A stretch of 64,000 nt of DNA, the filler included, from Bonamia ostreae (taxonomy: Eukaryota), in the NCBI GenBank assembly GCA_040357525.1. It is 15 parts of 15 records of this genome, joined end to end, with 100 filler letters (N's around TTAATTAATTAA, not from the genome) between each part and the next. Parts side by side here need not be neighbours in the genome. Positions count along the whole stretch, not along the records: positions 8,730 to 12,984 come from JBDODL010000338.1; positions 13,085 to 17,334 come from JBDODL010000339.1; positions 17,435 to 21,676 come from JBDODL010000340.1; 12 more parts are not named here. One strand, 5' to 3'. The notes beneath the pieces are model-generated. The model did no database searches and was not told where the DNA came from. It saw only the letters and a list, made by a program, of their open reading frames with translations. The stretch's first letter is position 1; the number at the start of each line of letters is the position of its first letter. Shown here piece after piece: positions 11,119 to 21,776 of this stretch. A program made the position numbers and the translations under genes.

Positions 11119-13084
11119 ATAGGTTTATCTGAACTCCTAATTTAACTGAGATGTCTTTAAAAACTTCAGAGTGAGTCCCCAAACAACAGATTAAATAAAT
11201 TTTATATTTTGTTCTTGAGCAAAAATACTAATTTATAATCTTTTAATTTACAAATTGATTAAAATTGTGTCAAACTGGAACTGTAACAATTATAAATTGA
11301 TAAAAATGCTGAAAAAAGTATAACTAATTTAATTTTCTGAAAATTCGTCATTGGAACTACCAAATCTTGTATGAATATTAAATGAATTTAGAATCGTTTT
11401 CTTAAAAGAACTAAAATTGCTATTTAATGCTTTTCGGTTTGGTTAAATTCGTTTTCCCTATTGTTATTTAATCTCAAAAAACTTCACGCGGGATTCCAGA
11501 AATATTTAACTTCAAATCATAGAAATCAAAGGCACTTCTAACAAAAGACTATCAATAGACTATCAATCTCCCAACAATTTTCGAACTCTACATTTTCTCA
11601 CCACTTTCAAAATGATTAAAATCATTCCATTCTTCAAAATAGATCGAATGACCTTTTATTGTGCGACTGAGTCAATTTTTTTTACCACAGTCTTTTCAAT
11701 TTTCGCGAATTCGACCAAAATTCTCCCTTTACTTTTTTCCCCGTTTTTGTATAGATTGTGCTTTACAATCCCCCACAAATTTTCAATTGGGTTCAAATCT
11801 GGCTAGTTAGGTGACCAAACCATTGCTTCAATCTTTTTTCCTTCAAAATTTTTTTTGTGTTTTGCAGAATGTGAAGGGGATTTTTTGGTCTGCAATTTGC
11901 GAAAGAATTCGACATCGAGTGGTTTTGGGAGTTTTCTCGGTTCACAAGTCAGCAAAATTCTCAAAACTCGTTTTAGAAGGATGTTTTTTTCATTAAACTG
12001 TGCCAATTTTCTTAGGTCTCTATTTGATGGTTGACTTTTTAAAGGACTATTACGAAACGTTCTTATTGATTTTCTGCTCTTTTTTATCTTTCGTGATATT
12101 TCAAAAAGGAGAAAATTTTTTAAGAAGTAAAATATCATTTTTCTGTTCAATCGACAGTCTTTTTCCCCTTCCAATTTGCAATTTAGTGGAATTTAAAAAG
12201 GTGGACTATTAATTTGGAACGGGTGGAAGTCAAAAAAACGTAAGCTGTTTCGAAGAAAAATGCAAACAGAATAAACGTTCATAAGCAGACTAGAAAAACG
12301 ATAGCTGTTTAAATTATACTCCGCAGAAATGCAGGAAAAGGCTATATTTGTTAAAATTTCTAAGTATTTCTATTAACGCCGCAAACAAGCTTATTTTGCT
12401 TAATGCATTCAAAGCATTTACTAGGTTCTTTTTAGAATATGGGTTTCCTGTAACGATGAACATTGAAAATCGAGTCCTTTCAGCATCTCGCACATTCTCA
12501 ATTGTTTCCATAAACAAACTTTCATCTTATTACAGCATGTTTAAACTTACTTTCGATTGAAAATCGATTTACATTACATTTCATATTATTATTTGAGTTT
12601 AGATGAATATAAACATTTGCTAAGTACATTCATTTGTTTTCAATTTTTAGGCTAATTAAAATAAACTCTAAACGATCTGAAAATTAATTTTTATAACATA
12701 TCTAAAGTTTAATGTTTTTTAATAAACGTTATTAAACCAGTACTTCTTCTCTCAACAGGTTTGTCGATATTCCGTCGAATTCTTGAAATTTAATATTTGA
12801 TAAGTGATTTTTTGTTATCCATGTTTCTTGGAGTAACATGGTCTACTTCAATATCATTAAGAAATTTCTGGATCTCTTCTAATTTCGGTAAATACTTCGG
12901 GTATTAAAGTGCAAATTTTAAGTTTTTATCGTATTTTTATCGCTCAAATTAAAAAGATAAGTTTGTGGATTGTCAAACTGAAGGNNNNNNNNNNNNNNNN
13001 NNNNNNNNNNNNNNNNNNNNNNNNNNNNTTAATTAATTAANNNNNNNNNNNNNNNNNNNNNNNNNNNNNNNNNNNNNNNNNNNN

Positions 13085-14845
13085 AAATTTTTGTTTTGGA
13101 CCGACTATAAACTTTTTCAACAACATTAAACCGACATTGACGATAGTTGTCGTTTTTTCAGTTTTCGATATTTTAGATTTTGTTTCAGTACCGATTTCCA
13201 TTAAAACGCCGTTGTAATGATTATTACACAAATAGTTTTCCTCTCCAAATGGGTTCGCATCTCCGCCAATGAGCTTTTTTCCGCAACGCAAACACCGAAA
13301 ACATGCTGTGTGGTACGGAATGCTGTTATAAGTCACGGTCTCCGCTGGATATGTCGTCTTTCCACAGAAATTGCATCTTGGATTTGGCTTTTCTTTCAAG
13401 TCTTCCAGATATTTATAAGCTTGTTTTTTCCCACTTCGGCTCCATTTGATTCCTTTGCTCAGATCTTCTGTCGTTTTGAATGTTTTATTGGTCTCATTTG
13501 CGGCCGGTGCTCGACTGCGAGATCGGAGGTTGATTTTGCCGATGACCTTTTGGAAGTGGTTGTTGCAGAGGAAATCTTCGTCTCCGAAAGGAGTCGCATT
13601 AGAAGGAGTAAGCTTTATTTTGCATTCGAGACATCGCACGCAATTTCGGTGATAAGGAATCATTTCGTATGTGAACTTTTCGGCGGGATAGACCGTTTTC
13701 CCGCATTTGTGGCAGCGCGGATCGATTCTTTTTTTGGGGCCTTTCACGTCTTCAGGATAATTGTAGACTTGTTTTCTGCCCTCCGCCCGCCATTCAACGC
13801 CCTCTTCGATTTTAGTTAAGCCGCTGCTTTCAGTAGTTTCTAATATATTTTGGTATTTGCAAAATTTTAGATTATTTGTGGACAAATTTAAATCGCAATT
13901 TTTAAAATTTTTATTGCAAAAAATTGTTAAAGTTTATTGATCCAAATTTTTGCTACCAAAAAAATTGTTAAAGTTAATTATTCTAATTTTTAATTGCCAA
14001 TTATTAATGTTTTTTGTCTATTTTAAAATAACTTTCTTTTTGATCAACGCCCATTTTAGGATTTCTGGATAATCGGGATTTTGTTTCTATATTGTAAATA
14101 CTAAATTAAACTGTTTTCTGGTTTTTAAATTTTAGCAAAACAAATATTTGTTAGTAATGTGGATAATTTAATTTCAGTATAATAATTTTAGTTATAATTA
14201 GGTACTTTATTGTATCTTAAATACTATTTTACAAAGTTTTTGCATTTTGTTAAATCTGACCTTTTTCAGTTTCATTGTCATTTTTAGAATGTTGTTCTTT
14301 TTTTTCGGCTGGTTTTTGTACACTAACTTTACTTTTCGATTTTTTGGACTTGAGCACTTTGTGTTTGTGTTGGTCGCACACAAATGTTGTTTCTCCGATC
14401 GGAGAAACATCGGCTAAACTTTAGGTTTTCAACCTGGGGCCTTTTTCTTACCGCAATAGATACATCTCAAGCAGTTTTTGTGATATGGAGTTCCGTTGTG
14501 CGTTATTTTTTCAGCTGGATAGCATAACTTTTCTTTGAATTTATTTTAAACTGTAAATCAATTTAAAGTTTGTTTAAAAATTTTTTCCTGAAATCAATTT
14601 TTAAATGAAATGAAAAATTAACACTCTTTTTTGTAAATCAATTTTTAAACAAATTTATTTTTTTGCTGTTTAATAATAAAGAGTACCACAAAGTTGGCAA
14701 CGAGGATTATGGAGAGTTTTATCTCCTGGGAATTTGTAGGTCTGTTTCCCCTTTTCCTTGATCCATTTTGATGCATTCGAAATGATCTTCCTCTTGCTCC
14801 CAATGGCTTTTTTATAGGCTTTTGATTATATAAATTACCGTCCAT
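13085..14845 (-). CDS. Multi-LIM-domain protein (at least 3 CRP-like LIM domains), 3'-partial, spliced
   Basis: Three C-x2-C...YPAE...PYH-x2-C-x2-C-x2-C...C-x2-H units; the first is recovered by splicing exons at 14845-14330. Confidence 0.85.
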
Positions 14846-14913
14846 TTTTATGGTTTGGTTATTAGAAACTAGCTTTATTACTTATACCAATAATCCAAAT
14901 GAAATTAAAGTTT

Positions 14914-15340
14914 CTAACTGAATTTACGTGAATTGACATTTTTGTGATAGAACAGGAAAATTTTCTGAATGTTGTTTCTATTCACCATACTAAGGCACAT
15001 TATTGCAGAGCCAGTAAGATTTCTGAAAAGGATAGTGTTTTTGTTTTGAGTAAAGCGTTTGTAATTCGTGATAAATGGATTTTTTCTGGTTTTTTGAACA
15101 ATGTTTGCCATGCTGAGTCCAGGTTTGTGATTTTTGTTATTTTGTATCTTTTCAATTTTGTCTTTTTTATTTCTTCAGCGCATTTTTGATTCCACCATGG
15201 ATCGCCACTAAATCCTTTTTTTGTTTTGTTTCGGGACATCTTTTCTTCGCTAAAGATTTGCAACAGAAGTATCAAAAGTCATTCTTGTTTATAATGCCGG
15301 AAAAGCGCGTTTATTTGCGTTTTGATGGCGGATGCTGTCT
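14914..15340 (-). mobile_element. Degenerate non-LTR (LINE) retrotransposon ORF2 fragment
   Basis: GDPWWNQKCAEEIKK...AWQTL...SFSEILLALQ resembles the PWWN linker and pre-RT FT.EEL..AL region of LINE ORF2; flanked by stops. Confidence 0.45.
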
Positions 15341-15577
15341 TAAGTTGTGAACAACAACATAAGTAAATTTTTTTTATCGCGGGCGAGCATGCACAATAGG
15401 TTGCCTTTCGAAGATCAAATAAAAAACATTAATTACTGACTCGAAAAGGGGTTTTTGTTAATTTAACGTCTTTTTACAGTAACAATTCTTCGTAGGCAAT
15501 AGGCTTTTTTCTATTTGTTTGATTTATATAAAAAAGTTAACAAACTAGAAATATATTTAAAAACGACCGGTTCTGTT

Positions 15578-16434
15578 ATGCGGAAAACAAAGGATTCGAA
15601 CAATTGCAGAAATTGCGAACAAAAAATTATTCGAGTATTAACAAATTCTGGCTTTAGTGATAAAACGGTCGATCTCTTTTTCAGCAACAAAAACATTCAA
15701 CGAAACTGGTCCGATTGTAAAAATTTTGTCAAAAAAATTTACTCCAAGCGTATTCCATTCAGCAAAAACAAGTGTGTTGTCAAAGTAAAATGTGGCAATA
15801 CTGTTATCGAAGAAGTACATTCTTTCCATATTAGTACCTCCAGTGCATCTTTTCGTAAAATGAAAGTTAAAAACCAAGTTTTTAACGAGCTTTGTGTATT
15901 CCATCAAAATGGTATCAGGATCTACTTGAGAAGTTTACAAAAGATTTTTCTAGAGCGATTCATTCCCGAAAATAACAGTCCTTTTCACATTTTTAGACAC
16001 GATTTTAGAGACGATAAAATTAAAGTTTTTTTTCAATTTTTCATTTATAATACAATAAAATTATTGTTATCAAGTTCAAACGTTTTAATACAAAATAGAT
16101 GAGCGTGAATTATCCAAAAAATTTAAATACTATACCAGAAGTGGAATTGTTGTGCAAAAATAACAGGGAAACGTTAAATTTGTCAAAAAAAGAAGATCAG
16201 AAGAATTATATTTTGCGTGTTTATAGTGGAAATTTTGAAATGAAAAAGCATTCTATTATTGGCGATACCGAATTTGATAATAAATCTATTGCCTTTGAAG
16301 AGATAGAAAAATTATATAGACGATTAAAAGATTACATTGACAAGGGTTTTAACTACAGCAAAAGAAAGATTTCCAAAGTTTTGAACTATCAAATCGAAGA
16401 ATTGAATTTTTCTGATTTTAACCCCGAAAATTAA
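15578..16434 (+). CDS. Hypothetical protein(s), probably spliced
   Basis: Adjacent 195-aa and 111-aa ORFs with GTTT...AG segments between; no recognised motif. Confidence 0.4.
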
Positions 16435-17090
16435 ATTATATAACCACTTTGTCTTGATTTATTTAAGCAAAGAAAATTATTATCTTTGTTATTATTTTAA
16501 ATAAATATTATGATGGTATGTACAATATAGGAATCGTAATTGCAACAGACGGTGTATAGTTTGTAGCTAGTTTGATTTTTAAAGATGCAGTGATGTAAAA
16601 AATGATCTTTCGACAAAGTAGTTTTCTGGTCATTTTTGGCAAAGTTGATCTAAACAAGTGATAATGTGTCAAAGGTAAATCTAATGAAACTAATAGAAAA
16701 TGAATTAGATGGATACTAATAGTAAATGATAGTTCTCGAAATTTATATTTTTCATTTTTTTCAACTATTTTTCTACTTCTAAGGGTAATTTGAATTCATT
16801 TTTGTTAAATTTAAATATTAAAGAACTTTTTTAATTTGATGACTTCATGACAATGATACAGCCTACCGATCAAAAACTCACCAACATCTTGACAAGTCAC
16901 TTAATTTTACATCTAATAGCGCAGACATTCAAAAGCCTTTGTGTAAAAGACACCGTGTAAAACATTTAATTCAAGGGAGACATAGCGAGTGGGTAAAAGT
17001 CAAACTTATGCTTCAAAAGGTCAAATTTAAATTCTATCTAATGAGTTGGTGTAACTAAAAATTATATTAATGCTGTTGCATTTAGTCGTT

Positions 17091-17334
17091 TCAATATTGG
17101 TTTCTATCACGATTTTCCATTTGGTATATTGGAATTCTTCCATCGTTCTTTCCCATTTGCATATTCAAATCTGGTTGCCCAAAATTCATTGGCTGCATAT
17201 TCAAATTTGGTTGCCCAAAATTCATTGGCTGCATATTCAAATTTGGTTGCCCAAAATTCATTGGCTGCATATTCAAATTTGGTTGCCCAAAATTCATTGG
17301 CTGCATATTCAAATTTGGTTGCCCAAAATTCATT
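17091..17334 (-). repeat. 36-bp tandem repeat encoding (MQPMNFGQPNLN)n at the 3' end of a truncated gene
   Basis: About five near-identical in-frame copies running into the contig end. Confidence 0.85.
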
Positions 17335-17490
17335 NNNNNNNNNNNNNNNNNNNNNNNNNNNNNNNNNNNNNNNNNNNNTTAATTAATTAANNNNNNNNNN
17401 NNNNNNNNNNNNNNNNNNNNNNNNNNNNNNNNNNTTTATAAATTATCGATTAATCTTATTTAGAAGTAACATAAAAAAGAACAAAAAAAT

Positions 17491-18239
17491 TTATTTTGAA
17501 AGACCAAAAGGTTTTTTCTTGGAACGACTTCTTTTCCGTTTATTCTTGGAACGATTTTTGTCGATTTTAGTTGTTGGCTTTTTGCAAGAAAGAGGATTTG
17601 GATTTTTAATTTTCTTCACCACTTTCTTATTTTTTTGACCAAATTTTAGTCTTTCTTTTTTTAGAGCGAAATCAAGATCTCTTTCGGTTGGTTTCTCCAA
17701 ATTTGGTACTCTGCCGCTAATAAAAATCAACGGAACAGGTTTGCCATTGGAGAGCTTCGATCTGACCATTTTTCTTAATTTCAGAGTTTGTGCCGCGATG
17801 ACATAATTTTTTTGTTTTAAGTGCTCTGAAATGCATTTCAAAGAATTTATCGCGTTTTTGTTGCAATCTTCGTGTTTGCAAACAAGTTCTTTAAATGTTT
17901 TGCAAATCAACAAAGCGCCTTTATAGTGACTGCCCATTCGTTGCAACATCTTTAATGTGCAACTTGTCACATAAATGACCGTCTCGCTTTGCAGCATTTT
18001 TGGGATTTGATCTTTAATGAAAATTTGGGATTCTAAAGCTTGCTGCACAAAATGCTCTTCAACTTTTTAGATATAAGTTTTTTGAAAGCATTAAATTGCT
18101 CTTAAAAGTTACTTAAAGCTCAGATAAATTATATGGGAAAGGTACCTATAACTTTAAAAGGGGGTTTTATTCCAAAGTTAACTCTATAAAAATTTAGAGC
18201 CTTTTTAATTTTCTTCGTGCGATTAACCTTTAAGCCCAT
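17491..18239 (-). CDS. UTP23: rRNA-processing protein UTP23 (PIN-like), 2 exons
   Basis: MGLKVNRTKKIKKALNFYRVNFGIKPPFKVI|VEEHFVQQAL...YVTSC...CKH...NPNPLSCKKP with Lys-rich tail. Confidence 0.88.
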
Positions 18240-18438
18240 TGGCTAATTAATGTGGTTTTTATTATATGATAAGTATTAATAATAAGAGCTATTTTTTACT
18301 TTTAGATTACAACGACAATGAGATTTCCAAAAAGTTTATTGCTTTACTTATTTGTTTAAACTATCTTTCCTGCGTTAAATTTTGTTTATTTGTAATTAAA
18401 GTTTTAGTATTAATATAAAAAATTTAAAAAAATTTTAT

Positions 18439-18522
18439 GCTTCGATGGTCGAGTGGTCTAAGACGATCGACTCAAGTTCGATTCTCTTCAATGAGGCGTG
18501 GGTTCGAATCCCACTCGGAGCA
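18439..18522 (+). tRNA. tRNA-Leu(CAA)
   Basis: Acceptor GCTTCGA/TCGGAGC, D loop AGTGGTCTAA, anticodon arm ATCGA-CTCAAGT-TCGAT, long variable arm, GGTTCGAATCC; followed by a T7 Pol III terminator. Confidence 0.96.
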
Positions 18523-18598
18523 TTTTTTTACAAGTAGTAAACTTTTATAAAAAAAAGAGTTTTACAAAGCATACAGACCATCTAGAATTATCTCTTTC

Positions 18599-20005
18599 AT
18601 GTCTCTTCCAGCATTCTTTAACCCGCTCAAATTTGTATCGACGCACGCTGAAGAACCTTCTTCTTCCGATAAACTTCTAGTTTTCGAATCACAGTCTTAT
18701 TCTATTGCACATCCCACAAAAACTTCAATTGAAGTTGATATTGCCAGTGTTGTTAATAATAACGGTGAATATTTTTATAACCATTTATAAAGCTTTATAT
18801 TCTTATCATTATTAACGATTTTAATATAATAATGCTTCTTATGTTTATACAAAATCTTCTTACTTTCATTTTAAAAAGATGTGTTCTCAAACAGTCATTT
18901 AAATTTATAAATCAATAAATCGAATAGAAAAGATTGAAAACTTAATTTAAACTACAAAGACTTTTTATAAAAAAGAGATAAGCGATAAATCGCTTTTTAT
19001 AACCGGCGCAGGCGAAGATTCGCTTTTGCGTTTAGACAACGTTCTAGCTGTAGCAGATGGTGTCGGAGGATGGGCTTTCCACCAAAATGGAAATTCCGCC
19101 CTTTATTCACGTCTTCTTGTCCATTTTTTGGCAAAAAGGCTGCCGTTAGACAAAAAAGACGGCATTTATTTTGACATACAAAAAGCAATTCGAAAAGTTG
19201 ACTTTTTACAATTTGACTTTATTTTTTATTTAGCCAAAACTATCTAATTTTGTTAAACGGAAGGCGCATGAAGATACGAACAAAAAAGAGATAATGGGAA
19301 GTTCGACATTGTGCCTGTGCGCTTTGGAGGGAAACAAAATGACAGTAGCAAATGTCGGCGATTCTGGCTTTATTCTTGTTCGCGACGGAGAAGTCGTTTT
19401 GCATTCGAGCGAACAGACAATCGGATTTAATTGGTAAATATTTATGTGATTTTTAAAGTCCGAATCAGCTAGGACCAAATCCCAATGACACGCATCCTTG
19501 CGATTTTTATAGTACAAGCGTAATACCAGGCGATACCGTCGTTTTGTTTACAGACGGTGTCTCTGATAATATGTTTAAAGAGGAAATCGCGTCTATTATT
19601 AGAGGAATGACGTCGTTTTTTTTTAATTTTGCTCTTCGATTAATTTTTAATTTTGAAATTTTTTGTCAAATTTTTGTTTTGGAATAATTTTTGATTTAGA
19701 AACAAATTTTAATTTTTTGTCAAATTTTTGTTTTGGAATAATTTTTGATTTAGAAACAAATTTTATATTTTTGCCAAATTTTGCTTTTCTTTGTAAATAC
19801 AAGTTTAGTAAATTTTCAACTAATCTTTACGAAAAGTACGAAAAACGCAGCGGAAACAATAGCAAAAATGGCGAAGAACTTGTCAGAATCGAGTAGAAAA
19901 TCTCCTTTTCAAATAAGCGCGAGTGAATCTGGAATAGAGTTTGATGGTGGTAAACCGGATGATATTACTGTTATCGTCGGAGTTGTTTCAGAAAAGAATT
20001 TGTAG
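18599..20005 (+). CDS. PTC7: PP2C-family phosphatase PTC7-like, multi-exon
   Basis: GEDS, LAVADGVGGW, GSSTLCL, VANVGDSGF, FTDGVSDN, GGKPDDITVIVG; GT-AG introns. Confidence 0.9.
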
Positions 20006-20331
20006 TAAAAATATTGGACAAAATTTAAATTATTTTCGAAAGCTAAAGTTAAAATATTTTTAGTCGTCGTTTTTAAGTCCATATTTTGTGTAGTAATATT
20101 GTATTGGTCTTTCTTCTAAAATCGCTATTTAATAAAATTGGTTCCAAAATTTTTAAATTGGATTTGAAATTTAGCAAGAACCTAATTTGCCAAACAGTTC
20201 TGTTGTAAAATCTTTTATTCCGTTGTACTTGTGCAGTGCTTCTATTAAGTTCGATTTATCGTTTTTTGGTCCCTTCTCTATCTTCGACATTTAATAATTT
20301 ATTAAAATTCTTTTATTAGAATTTGTTAAGA

Positions 20332-20694
20332 ATGGATCCAACGTTGAGAGCTTACAAATATTATTTGAAAAGCTGTCTGTTGCGTTTCGGAAACAACCCA
20401 CAGATTTTAGTTTATAAAAACTAAAATCCCAAAAAACAGAATCAACTTGTTTTCAACGCCCGCAACTTAATCGTGAAAAACATAAAAACGACCGATATTG
20501 AAAAGATTAAGAAAATTCGAAAAGAACTTATCGATTCCGCCGACTTTATCCGAAAAAATGTCGCAAAAATTTACGATAAAGACAGTAAGAGAGTTTTCAA
20601 AATAGACCCACAGCACACAGGCGTTCGCGTTCTCAAAGACGGCGAAAAAGAAGATTTTTGTACTGGCGCTTGCATTTGCAAGCCGAAGAAATAA
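20332..20694 (+). CDS. LYR-motif protein, LYRM7/MZM1-like (complex III Rieske chaperone)
   Basis: After removing intron 20410-20439: MDPTLRAYKYYLKSCLLRFGNNPQILNQLVFNARNLI...DSADFIRKNVAKIY. Confidence 0.6.
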
Positions 20695-20976
20695 GATTTT
20701 GCAAATAAATTTATTTACAATAATTACCTCCGTCAAATAATATATTCCTTCAACTTACAAAAAATAATGATGAATAACAAATATTATTTTAATTAATTCG
20801 CTGTCAGAATAAGTTGAACAATAAATAATAATTTCAAAAGACTTGAATTTACATTTTGAAGTCGTTATAGCTAAAAATCGAAGTGGTTTTGGAGGATTGG
20901 TCCCTCATTGTTCGGTTAAGAGCGGTTTCCGCTTCGATAAACAAATTAAAAAAACAACGCTTTGATAAAACCGATA

Positions 20977-21252
20977 ATGGTTTCAACAAGAATCGGAAGC
21001 GGAATTGAAAAGGGCGTCAAAAAAAGCGATCGTTTGATCGGCGGCGCAGATATCGACCCGATTGATTTTTTGTGCTGTTTTTTCTGTACGCCATTTTACG
21101 TGACGCAAAAATGGGACAGCGATATAACGAATGTCGATAATAGTGTAAAAAGAACAACGTTAACTTTTTATGCTTTGGGATGTTGTTGCTGTGTCTATGC
21201 TTTTGAAAAGTTGTTTGACGCACGGTTTTCTCCGTGTCTGAAGGAATTGTAA
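20977..21252 (+). CDS. Small cysteine-rich hypothetical protein
   Basis: FLCCFFCTP and ALGCCCCVY clusters in a 91-aa ORF. Confidence 0.45.
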   Translation: MVSTRIGSGIEKGVKKSDRLIGGADIDPIDFLCCFFCTPFYVTQKWDSDITNVDNSVKRTTLTFYALGCCCCVYAFEKLFDARFSPCLKEL

Positions 21253-21776
21253 AAAACAATTGATTTTGTTAAAAGTTACAAAAAATTTACAAAGTCATCA
21301 AATTGTTCGTCCTTTGTTCTCCTGTTTTTTTATCGGTAATTAGTTTTGTCGATTTTTTTTTGTAATTAAAAATTTAACTTTGCAACGATTTTTTTGTGAC
21401 GAATAATAGGTTTTTGATTGGCATCTACAACATTTAAAATCAATTTATCGACTCTTTTGAGAGCTTCGATCGCGGAAACTTTTTCAGAGTTTTCTACATA
21501 TTCAATAATTTCTTTTTTGTTGAAGCTTATGAAGCGTTTCTCTGTGGATTTACAACATATTTTTATAGTTAGACAAAACCTTTTAAAAAACTTTGCTTTT
21601 TGAGTTTTTTGAAAAAGCTTTTTCGGAGATTCTTATAATTGTTATAAAGCATTGTTAAATTTTTATATAAATGTCGNNNNNNNNNNNNNNNNNNNNNNNN
21701 NNNNNNNNNNNNNNNNNNNNTTAATTAATTAANNNNNNNNNNNNNNNNNNNNNNNNNNNNNNNNNNNNNNNNNNNN

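Noticed and set aside
11500-12900. Several short minus-strand ORFs
   Set aside because: Probably exons of divergent genes, but I could not assemble or recognise them with any confidence.
16850-16990. Possible Ty1/copia RNase H remnant (QPTDQKLTNILT) and an 11-nt match gggagacatag to the 11061 element
   Set aside because: Matches are too short and the flanks do not align; not distinguishable from chance by eye.
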